A DNA stretch of 36,734 nucleotides from Methanobacteriota archaeon (GTDB taxonomy: Archaea > Thermoplasmatota > Poseidoniia > Poseidoniales > Poseidoniaceae), in NCBI GenBank assembly GCA_009936765.1, contig JAACDL010000190.1, forward strand, positions 1-36,734. Reading direction: 5' to 3'. A model generated the notes under the pieces. That model was not told the origin of the DNA. It saw nothing but the letters and a program-made list of their open reading frames with translations, and did not search any database. Shown in pieces: positions 7,843 through 15,297 of the stretch. The translations under genes and the position numbers were made by a program. Each line of letters opens with the position of its first letter. Position 1 is the stretch's first letter.

Positions 7843-10288
7843 TTTGTTCACCTCCTTCATTAGACTGAATACCCTTTTCCAAGGAGGATACTGAACGAGT
7901 TGAGCGAACTAACATTGCTAATCCTGATGAAATTAGCATTACTGCTCCGAGAATCATGTAAGATAGCCAACTTGATGCTGGCTCTTCACCCATTACTGAT
8001 ACTGCGGAATTCCAACCGCCGTATTCATCAGACCAGCCATCACCATCTTCATCTGGACACCCTTGAATGTCTCTGGTTGAAGTGCCTGGAACATCAGGAC
8101 AATCGTCTCTTCTCGAACCCATTCCTACATCGCCAAAGCCGTCTTCATCGGTATCTTGCCACTGTAGCCTATCGGTTGGGAAAGCATCTGCTTCACCCCA
8201 CGGTGAGGCTAGCCAATTCTGAGAAGGATCTGACCATCCGTCGCCATCAGAATCTCGACATCCTAATCTGTCGAAGAATGATTGGCCACGTTCATTTGGA
8301 CATGCGTCTCCTTCATGGCCATCTGAATTATCTCCGAATCCATCGCCGTCTTCATCACGCCACTGTGATGGTTCGTGTACGAATTGATCTCCTTGGTCAG
8401 ACCATCCATCACCATCTGTATCGTGGCAACCCCAACGGTCACCACCTTTTGTTGGACCAAGAGAGGTCCCTGGAACATTTGGACAAACATCTGCGGTAGT
8501 TCCGCGTGGGTTATCTCCGCGACCATCACCGTCACTGTCGTGCCATTGAGTTTCGTCTGAAGGCCAAGCATCTGCAAGTCCACCTGGACTTGCTAACCAA
8601 TGAGTAGTAGGGTTAGACCAACCATCGCCATCTGTATCTGGGCAACCCCATCTATCCATTGCTGAATTTCCTTCAGTAGCAATACAGCCGTCTCCTCTCC
8701 AAGCTTCTCTCCAAGTATCTCCATCGAAATACTCGAGGTTGTCTCCATAACCATCATCATCAGTATCATGCCACTGACTTTCGTCTGTAGGGAAGGCATC
8801 AGCGAAACCATCAGGATGTGAAATCCACCAGTCATCAGGATTAGAATAACCATCCATATCGATATCAAGACATCCGAAACGGTCGGCCCAACTTATCCAT
8901 CCACTTTCAACTTCTTCGACAGTGCTCAAAGGACAAACATCCCCTTCGAATCCAGTAATCTCATCGCCATATCCGTCACCATCAGTGTCGCGATACTGAC
9001 TCGGAATTAATGGGAAGTCGTCAACTTGAGTTGCTCCGTATGATTGATTGTCGCCCCATCCATCATCATCAGAATCTATCCATTGTGAAGGATTATCCGG
9101 GAAGTCATCGACTTGCAAAGCCCCTTCAGTCTGGTTATCACCCCAGCCATCATTATCTCTATCTGCCCACTGAGTAGGGTTTTGCGGGAAGGCGTCTGCG
9201 CCATTACCAGCAGTCCAATTCAAATCAGGGTCTGACCAACCATCGAAATCTGCATCTGGACAACCGAATCGGTCTTCCATGGAATATCCTGTTACGAACG
9301 GGCATGCATCAGGCTCTGTTGCATTATCATACCATATGCCAATTGACCAATTCGTTCTGGTTTCATTCCAAGAAATATCAGCCCAATTATCGCCAAACCC
9401 ATCTTCATCAGTGTCGTTCCATTGGCTTGCAATAAATGGGAAAGCATCTGCTGTACCATTAGGATGAGAAAACCATGGCTCGACTCCATCTAGTCCACCA
9501 GGATCTGCATCAGACCAACTGTCGCCATCTGAATCAAGGCATCCGAATCTGTCTGCAGAAGAATATCCACGGCGATAAGGGCAGTGATCGGGTTCGAAAC
9601 CGTTGATGTTGTCTCCAAAACCATCATTATCAGAATCAACCCATTGGCTAGGTTCTGTTGCAAATGCGTCCGCCCCATTGTTTGGCCCCCAGCCCTCATC
9701 AGGGTCGGACCAACCATCTGAGTCCGTATCTACGCATCCTTTCCTGTCATTAGTTGATGTTCCAGGTGTGAGATCACAGTCATCTTCATTATCGATGAAA
9801 CCATCTTCATCGCTATCTCTGTTGTCTTGATTCAATGATGGAGTTAATGTGTAATCGACACCGTCGTTACACCAACTATCTTTCCCTTTGACTTTGACAT
9901 GTACCCACCCTGCAGTAGACATTGTAGTAGACAAAGTGGTGGATGAACCTGAATCGCTCATTCCCTGACCGGCTACCTGTGAACCGGCAGCGTCGTGAAT
10001 TGAAAAGTCGGCTTCCCAGCCATCACCGGGGCACCAAATCGCAGCATTACTCATCGAACCTGAAAAACCAACTTGCACTATATCCCCTTTGTAGGCATAT
10101 ATCTTCCACCAGTCGGTTTGATCGTTTGGTGAACAGCCATCATCATAGCAAACATAGCCGTTTGTTGAGACACCATTTGTCAGAGGAGTTGCGTTGCTGA
10201 TGTCATTATCTGCAGACACTGGCGGAATAATTGCTAAAAGGCACGCTGCGAGGAATAGGACCACCCACTGCCTCGCGCGCATGAGCAT
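7835..10288 (-). CDS. Secreted, C-terminally anchored Ca-binding surface protein: N-terminal PPC-like (pre-peptidase C-terminal-like) domain plus about 18 TSP3-like loops in about 8 Cys-bracketed super-repeats
   Basis: 817 aa. Signal peptide MLMRARQWVVLFLAACLLAIIPPVSA. WWKIYAYKGDIVQVGF...FSIHDAAGSQV is PPC-like. I counted 18 DxDxDG loops by hand, e.g. DTDSDGWSDPD and DSDNDGFGDN. C-terminal TM SYMILGAVMLISSGLAMLV. Confidence 0.85.
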   Translation of the reverse strand: MLMRARQWVVLFLAACLLAIIPPVSADNDISNATPLTNGVSTNGYVCYDDGCSPNDQTDWWKIYAYKGDIVQVGFSGSMSNAAIWCPGDGWEADFSIHDAAGSQVAGQGMSDSGSSTTLSTTMSTAGWVHVKVKGKDSWCNDGVDYTLTPSLNQDNRDSDEDGFIDNEDDCDLTPGTSTNDRKGCVDTDSDGWSDPDEGWGPNNGADAFATEPSQWVDSDNDGFGDNINGFEPDHCPYRRGYSSADRFGCLDSDGDSWSDADPGGLDGVEPWFSHPNGTADAFPFIASQWNDTDEDGFGDNWADISWNETRTNWSIGIWYDNATEPDACPFVTGYSMEDRFGCPDADFDGWSDPDLNWTAGNGADAFPQNPTQWADRDNDGWGDNQTEGALQVDDFPDNPSQWIDSDDDGWGDNQSYGATQVDDFPLIPSQYRDTDGDGYGDEITGFEGDVCPLSTVEEVESGWISWADRFGCLDIDMDGYSNPDDWWISHPDGFADAFPTDESQWHDTDDDGYGDNLEYFDGDTWREAWRGDGCIATEGNSAMDRWGCPDTDGDGWSNPTTHWLASPGGLADAWPSDETQWHDSDGDGRGDNPRGTTADVCPNVPGTSLGPTKGGDRWGCHDTDGDGWSDQGDQFVHEPSQWRDEDGDGFGDNSDGHEGDACPNERGQSFFDRLGCRDSDGDGWSDPSQNWLASPWGEADAFPTDRLQWQDTDEDGFGDVGMGSRRDDCPDVPGTSTRDIQGCPDEDGDGWSDEYGGWNSAVSVMGEEPASSWLSYMILGAVMLISSGLAMLVRSTRSVSSLEKGIQSNEGGEQNA
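7848..7855 (-). promoter_or_regulatory. Shine-Dalgarno site GGAGGTGA for the 6514-7842 gene, embedded in the last codons of the upstream gene (translational coupling)
   Basis: The minus strand reads AAGGAGGTGAACAAAATGCGTGA. The SD is followed by 5 nt and then the ATG (7842). The upstream gene's TGA (7837-7835) lies immediately 3' of that ATG, inside the new reading frame. Confidence 0.55.
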
Positions 10289-10326
10289 GCATGTGAGGGT
10301 TTGGTTTTCAAGACAGCGCCGTCAAA

Positions 10327-12057
10327 TCAGATATCGGTAGCAATCCATACTGGTCCATGGGCTGCATCACCCTCTGTGCTAACAATTGGCTCAGGAATAG
10401 AACTAACCACCTCTAATCTCACGAATTTTATGTATCTCTGTTCTTCGTTTTCTTCAAATGGATGGAGCCCTATATTCTGCTGATATGCAATTCCAATCCA
10501 ATCAGCATTTGGGCCATGAACAGTTTCAAAGAAATCGTGTAATGCATGCACATCACCATTTGCTTCTTCATAAGAATTGACGATGTGTAAAGGAGTCGGG
10601 TCTGCTATAGTCCACTGGAATTCATCACCAGAATGAGGTTCGTATATTGCACCGGCTTGTAGGTACCACTCGTCACCCTCTGTATATCCATCATCACCGT
10701 ATTCAAGCCCATACCATGAGATTGAGACCATGTTATTCTCGCTTATCGACACGAAAGGATACATCGTAATTCCTCCGGATTCACCCCAATCCGGAGCTAC
10801 GCTCCAACTTTCTTCCCAAGTATCTCCATGATCATATGAAATAGCCATCAGCATGTCCCATGCTCCTAAATCTCCGTTAGGGCAATCTGCCCAAATAACG
10901 ACTACTGTGCCTGCTTCGTTATTGTTGACGACAGGATATCCTTCTGGACAGTTTCCATTTCTAGGTCCTAACTCCTTAGGAGGATCCCATGTGCCATCAG
11001 ATGGTCCCGGTCCAGTTCCACGACCGTAATCATCACTGATTCTAATTTGTACAGAGCCTGAATTGGAGTCTGCATCTTCCTGAGCCACATAAACGTAAGA
11101 ACCATTGTTCTCAGAGGATATTGTTGACCACCCACCAGGCATAGCAAAGCATTGAGTGAATGTATTACCGCCATCCTCGGAATGGTAGTACCAGTACCGT
11201 CCGTTATCCCCTGTACATTCTGGAGGTGTCGCCCCCGAATTTCCAAGATAGTGAATTATTCCATCTCCTTGAGCCGCAACCCAAGGTCTGTCATCCGCAG
11301 CCATAGTGTTCATTCTTTGGCAAACATTACCCATTTCATATGAGTCGCCTCCTTCTGTAAATCTATGCCACCAATTGTCCTCAAGTGTGGTATCAAGATA
11401 GTATACCACATCTTCGTTGTCAACTGCGATATCTCCTTCATCGCCAAGACATTCAGATGCACCTCCTGTAACTGAGCCAACAGCAGAGTTAAGCAAATTA
11501 CCAGGAGTTGGCTCGAACTGGTCAGCATGGTCCCCAGTGGTTCCATTATCTGTTGAAACCCAGAACCAAGATGCCCAATAATCCCATGAGGTCATTGCTC
11601 CATCTTCACATGCGTACCAAGAATCGGTTGGCCCACCTAAAATGGGACCAAGTGGAGTACCTTCCCCGCCCCAACGTAAATCCTTGTGCGCTGTAATTTG
11701 CATATTCCCTTTGGAGTCTATTGACAAGGAAGGCTCGTAACCAACCCCATATCCGGCATAATCTTCATCTTGGCCGTTTGACATATCGATACACTCTTCG
11801 TGACGAGGCATGTAAATTGGTTCGCCTAAGGTAAGTTCTACAGAGTCCCCAGGAGAGAGAGGTTTACTCGCTTTCGCTTCCGCAAATCCGGGTGCTTGAA
11901 TCTGACCGACACTAGATGCTATGATAAGGAATGTCACAGAGACTGCAAAGGTAATTCCAATCATTCCATTAAGGAATCTAGATTCATCTTCTTCAAACAA
12001 TTCTGCATCATCGATATCGGTTTCAGACAACCGATTACCCAATCCGCTGTCAGTCAT
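10327..12057 (-). CDS. Membrane-anchored BNR/Asp-box repeat protein (sialidase-like beta-propeller fold)
   Basis: 576 aa with N-terminal signal-anchor IGITFAVSVTFLIIASSV. Asp-box motifs (SxDxGxTW): SYDHGDTWE, SEDGGNTFT, STDNGTTG, SDDYGRGTG. SD-like GGAGTG lies 7 nt upstream of the ATG. Confidence 0.7.
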   Translation of the reverse strand: MTDSGLGNRLSETDIDDAELFEEDESRFLNGMIGITFAVSVTFLIIASSVGQIQAPGFAEAKASKPLSPGDSVELTLGEPIYMPRHEECIDMSNGQDEDYAGYGVGYEPSLSIDSKGNMQITAHKDLRWGGEGTPLGPILGGPTDSWYACEDGAMTSWDYWASWFWVSTDNGTTGDHADQFEPTPGNLLNSAVGSVTGGASECLGDEGDIAVDNEDVVYYLDTTLEDNWWHRFTEGGDSYEMGNVCQRMNTMAADDRPWVAAQGDGIIHYLGNSGATPPECTGDNGRYWYYHSEDGGNTFTQCFAMPGGWSTISSENNGSYVYVAQEDADSNSGSVQIRISDDYGRGTGPGPSDGTWDPPKELGPRNGNCPEGYPVVNNNEAGTVVVIWADCPNGDLGAWDMLMAISYDHGDTWEESWSVAPDWGESGGITMYPFVSISENNMVSISWYGLEYGDDGYTEGDEWYLQAGAIYEPHSGDEFQWTIADPTPLHIVNSYEEANGDVHALHDFFETVHGPNADWIGIAYQQNIGLHPFEENEEQRYIKFVRLEVVSSIPEPIVSTEGDAAHGPVWIATDI

Positions 12058-12097
12058 AATTTACACTCCAACCAATTTCTTATCAGACCTTCGTGCA

Positions 12098-13366
12098 TTA
12101 ACCCATTTTTTGGATGGCTCTCTCAAACACTGCAGTGTAATCTGATGCGTTATGTTCATAGGTATATTTCGAGAGTACACGCTCTCGACCTAGTAGTGCT
12201 TTTTCTCCAGTTTTATTACTGGATAACATCTCATTTACACATCGTGCTAAATCAGAAGGATCACCTCTTTTGAATAAACCACCAACTGAAGTATCAACCA
12301 TCTCTGTCAATGGTTCTTGGTCTACTGTTGCTACAGGAGTTCCACTCGCTAGCGATTCAAGAGGTATGAGTCCCTGTCCTTCATAATATGAAGGATAGAC
12401 TACAAGGTCTGCCGAACGGAAATGTTGTGCTAATTCATCGAATGATAGACTGCTTTGAATATGGATCGATTCTGAAATTCCTAATTTCCTAGCATTTTTC
12501 TCCAAACTTGATTTCATGTGACCGCGGCCAACAATTACCAACTTAGCGCCAGGATTTTCAACAATTATCTCGGGCATAGCTCTGAGTAAAGTCATGTATC
12601 CCTTACGTGCTACTAATCTTCCAACTGCAAGTAACATAGGAGTCTTAGTCTCAGATGAGTAAGACAGGGCTTCTTCGTCTCCACAATCATATTGAGTTCT
12701 AATACGCTCATGTTCTAATTGCTCTGCTTCAGCGTCCGTATTAGGGGGACGGAACACCTTGTGGTCACAACCCCAAAGGATTACTTCGCAATCGAAATTT
12801 CCGTCAGGCCGATACCACTGTTTGAATTCTTTCAGAGTAGATTGTGAATTAGAAACGCAGATACTAGATTCCAGTATTCCAGCCCTTTCATATCTTGAAT
12901 ACCATCCAGCAGTAGTAAGAATTGCAAGGTCATTTGGATTCCTCCATGTTGCAGACTCCCTAGCTGCTGCTGCTCTTTTCACTCCCTCTTTCTCCCCTAA
13001 CCAAGAACCATGTAGACATGAAACTACAGGAGCGATATTTTTCTGCAACCATCTGAACTCTTTTCTCTTCCAAGACACCAGTGGTAGATGAGCGTTTATG
13101 ACATCAATTGGTTTGTCAGCATGAAGTTTTTTCAAAGCCTTAATCGCGCTTTTTCCATATGAACGAGTGAAAGCCATAGGCAGTCGAGCCCAGCGAACTG
13201 GAACTACATTTACTCCTTCTTGAGATGGAACTTTTTCTGAATGTGAACGAGTGATTATTGTTACCTCATGCCCCAGTTGAACAAAGTGTCCAGCAAGGTG
13301 GAAAACCACTGAACCAATTCCCCCCCATCGGGGTGGATATTCACCTGACACTATCGCAATGTGCAT
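12098..13366 (-). CDS. Glycosyltransferase family 4 (GT-B fold, group 1)
   Basis: MHIAIVSGEYPPRWGGIGSVVFHLAGHFVQLGHEVTIITR is a GT4 N-terminus. VVYPSYYEGQGLIPLESLASGTPVATVD is the E-x7-E region. I prefer the ATG at 13366; the track start at 13375 is TTG. Confidence 0.85.
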   Translation of the reverse strand: MHIAIVSGEYPPRWGGIGSVVFHLAGHFVQLGHEVTIITRSHSEKVPSQEGVNVVPVRWARLPMAFTRSYGKSAIKALKKLHADKPIDVINAHLPLVSWKRKEFRWLQKNIAPVVSCLHGSWLGEKEGVKRAAAARESATWRNPNDLAILTTAGWYSRYERAGILESSICVSNSQSTLKEFKQWYRPDGNFDCEVILWGCDHKVFRPPNTDAEAEQLEHERIRTQYDCGDEEALSYSSETKTPMLLAVGRLVARKGYMTLLRAMPEIIVENPGAKLVIVGRGHMKSSLEKNARKLGISESIHIQSSLSFDELAQHFRSADLVVYPSYYEGQGLIPLESLASGTPVATVDQEPLTEMVDTSVGGLFKRGDPSDLARCVNEMLSSNKTGEKALLGRERVLSKYTYEHNASDYTAVFERAIQKMG

Positions 13367-13390
13367 GTCGAACAATTACCCCACTTGGTA

Positions 13391-13404
13391 ATATGATAAA
13401 TAAT
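13391..13404. promoter_or_regulatory. A/T-rich element ATATGATAAATAAT between the divergent GT4 and GT2 genes; candidate shared TATA-box region
   Basis: This is the only A/T-rich block in the short divergent spacer. It is centred about 32 nt from the GT4 ATG (13366) and about 28 nt from the ATG at 13426. The archaeal TATA-box reading is inference only. Confidence 0.2.
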
Positions 13405-13425
13405 CCAAGGGATAGGTGGCTTCAA

Positions 13426-14223
13426 ATGAAATCCTTGAATCGTGGTGGTATGGCGGACAAGTTGCCGGTCTCTGTCACCATCATCCTTCCGACTCGTAAT
13501 GAAGAGGAAGCTCTTGGTCCAACCGTAGATTCAATCCCTCGAGATTGGTGTGATGAATTGGAGATCATGATTGTTGATGGTAGCTCTACTGATAAGACTA
13601 GAGAAATCGCATTAAAAAAGGGAATCAGAGTTCACCTAGAGCCACGAAAAGGTTACGGGAGAGCATATAGAACCGGTTTCGCAGTTGCCAAAGGCGATAT
13701 TATTGTCACCATGGATGCTGACTGTACCTATCCTGCAGAAGTTGTTCCGGATTTGGTCAAGAGACTTATTGATGAAGATTTAGATTTCATAACCTGTGAC
13801 AGACTTACTCTTGCTGAAGAAGGCTCGATGTCTGGACTCCACGGATTTGGAAACTGGATGCTTTCATTTAACGCAAGATTGGCATTCGGATATGGAATCA
13901 AAGATTCCCAGTCCGGCATGTGGGTATTCCGCAAATCAATCTTTGAGAAGGAAAAGATGAGACCTACTAACGACGGAATGCCATTATCTGAGGAGATGAA
14001 AATCTTGGCTCGCAAAGTATTGGGTAAGAAGAAGGCTATCGAAGTGTCAGTTCCTTATCGACCAAGAGTAGGAGATGCAGAAATTCACACATGGGGAGAT
14101 GGTTGGAAGAATCTAAGATTCATTTGGGCTAAGCGATTCGGCCTACACCGAACCCGAACCGAATGGGGTCCACTAGAAGATAACCCAGATTCTCTAAATG
14201 GTGACATTCCTGAACAAAAGTGA
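13426..14223 (+). CDS. Glycosyltransferase family 2, dolichyl-phosphate hexosyltransferase-like (GT-A fold)
   Basis: VSVTIILPTRNEEEALGPTVDSI, IMIVDGSSTDKTREIA, GKGRAYRTG-like (GYGRAYRTGF), VTMDADCTYP (DxD) and SGMWVFRKSI match Dpm1/AglJ/AglD-like GT2. The first 168 nt of the track ORF overlap the GT4 gene and are rejected. The start is ambiguous between 13426 (chosen) and 13450 (MADKLPVS). Confidence 0.85.
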   Translation: MKSLNRGGMADKLPVSVTIILPTRNEEEALGPTVDSIPRDWCDELEIMIVDGSSTDKTREIALKKGIRVHLEPRKGYGRAYRTGFAVAKGDIIVTMDADCTYPAEVVPDLVKRLIDEDLDFITCDRLTLAEEGSMSGLHGFGNWMLSFNARLAFGYGIKDSQSGMWVFRKSIFEKEKMRPTNDGMPLSEEMKILARKVLGKKKAIEVSVPYRPRVGDAEIHTWGDGWKNLRFIWAKRFGLHRTRTEWGPLEDNPDSLNGDIPEQK

Positions 14224-14238
14224 CCACAGTGTCATTTT

Positions 14239-15297
14239 CTAATTCGTTTTCGTCTTCACATCTCTCATATCAATACTATCTGAAGTATCTTCTAACTGGC
14301 CAGTGATTACCATATCACCCATAATAACACTGTCTGAAATTTTTGTAATAATGGTTTGATTCACAACCGTAGTTCCAGTAAAATCATCAGAAGGCATTAG
14401 ATACACAGGATATTCGTCAAATGGAAGTGGTTTATCGATTGCAACCCTGTTAATGAAGCCAATTGTGATTGGCGCTAGCAAAAACAAGACTACCCAAGCC
14501 CAGAAAAGTTGCACGACAAATGCTCCATAATGAATTCCAGCTACGCCCTCCATTTCAATGTAAGAGCGATGATCCTCGCCTGGAGGATTGGCTACAACAT
14601 CATCAAATTCCGATTCATCAACTAATCCTAAATCATACCCTTTATTGACAAACTCATAATCAAATTCACCATTTATTATGTCAAACACTGGATTACCAGT
14701 CAATGACTGGTGTACAGTTGATTCTCGATTATCATCTTGGCCTTGGCCTGTTCCGAAATCCATTCCCCCGAGGTAGCCCAATGGTGCAATTACAACCAAA
14801 GAGATAACAATCCATAGTACTAACAGATTGAGAGTGATACCGATTAAGGCTCGGTTTTTTACTTGGAAAAATGTAAGGCAGAACATCAACACCGCTAATG
14901 CAGGAGCAATCTTTGTTAGTAAGGGAACATCTTCTTGAACCTCAGAAAGAGGAGTTAGTTCAATTGTGTTACCTTCCACATCAGTAGAATCCGATGGGAT
15001 TGAGGTGTCATTGCGGTCATTCTGCCATTGCATGAAAGTGATGAAACCATCAATGTGAATACTACCGTCGGCACTCTGTTGGTCTACTTCTAATTCAACT
15101 TCCATTCCTGCGCCTTTGGGCAAGCCTTCTGAATACTCAATATCCACTACCCCTGTATACCAAGTTTGAGTATTGACTACCTGAACCAGTGATAGCAAAA
15201 TCACTATCTGAAACGTATGAAGGAGCAACTTGCCATATGGCCTCCCCTCCCTCATATGAGGAAGGGGGGCAATCAATGGTTTCAATTCTTGCTTCAC
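14239..15297 (-). CDS. Hypothetical polytopic membrane protein (about 4 TM segments)
   Basis: 352-aa ORF. The GTG start at 15297 overlaps the upstream stop (GTGA); an alternative ATG lies at 15255. Hydrophobic segments: LLLHTFQIVILLSLV, IAPALAVLMFCLTFF, ITLNLLVLWIVISLVVIAPLGYL, FVVQLFWAWVVLFLLAPITIGFI. No family recognised. Confidence 0.6.
   Translation of the reverse strand: MKQELKPLIAPLPHMREGRPYGKLLLHTFQIVILLSLVQVVNTQTWYTGVVDIEYSEGLPKGAGMEVELEVDQQSADGSIHIDGFITFMQWQNDRNDTSIPSDSTDVEGNTIELTPLSEVQEDVPLLTKIAPALAVLMFCLTFFQVKNRALIGITLNLLVLWIVISLVVIAPLGYLGGMDFGTGQGQDDNRESTVHQSLTGNPVFDIINGEFDYEFVNKGYDLGLVDESEFDDVVANPPGEDHRSYIEMEGVAGIHYGAFVVQLFWAWVVLFLLAPITIGFINRVAIDKPLPFDEYPVYLMPSDDFTGTTVVNQTIITKISDSVIMGDMVITGQLEDTSDSIDMRDVKTKTN

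Noticed and set aside
7900-8499. A 199-aa plus-strand ORF, and many similar 60-106-aa ORFs on both strands and in other frames within 8263-10200, inside the TSP3-repeat gene
   Set aside because: These are shadow ORFs. The real gene is dominated by GAT/GAC/GGT/TGG codons, and their complements (ATC/GTC/ACC/CCA) contain no stops. The translations are low-complexity His/Leu/Arg-rich strings with no motifs. The minus-strand 817-aa frame has a signal peptide, 18 Ca loops and a TM anchor.
7835-10288. Strong periodicity that might suggest a CRISPR array or a tandem DNA repeat
   Set aside because: The periodicity is at the protein level (DxDxDG loops in one continuous ORF). The nucleotide copies are diverged, unequal in length, and have no spacer/repeat organisation. 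No cas genes are present.
10238-10288. A lipobox-like LAAC in the signal peptide of the 817-aa protein, which might have linked it to the DUF4105/Lnb-like gene
   Set aside because: The Cys sits in the middle of the hydrophobic core (VVLFLAACLLAIIPPVSA) and is followed by a normal A-x-A-type SPase I site. None of the other signal peptides in the island has a lipobox.
13258-13425. The N-terminal 56 codons of the track's 321-aa GT2 ORF
   Set aside because: This extension overlaps the 5' end of the divergent GT4 gene by more than 100 nt and has no GT2-like sequence. The GT2 fold begins right after the internal Mets at 13426 and 13450.
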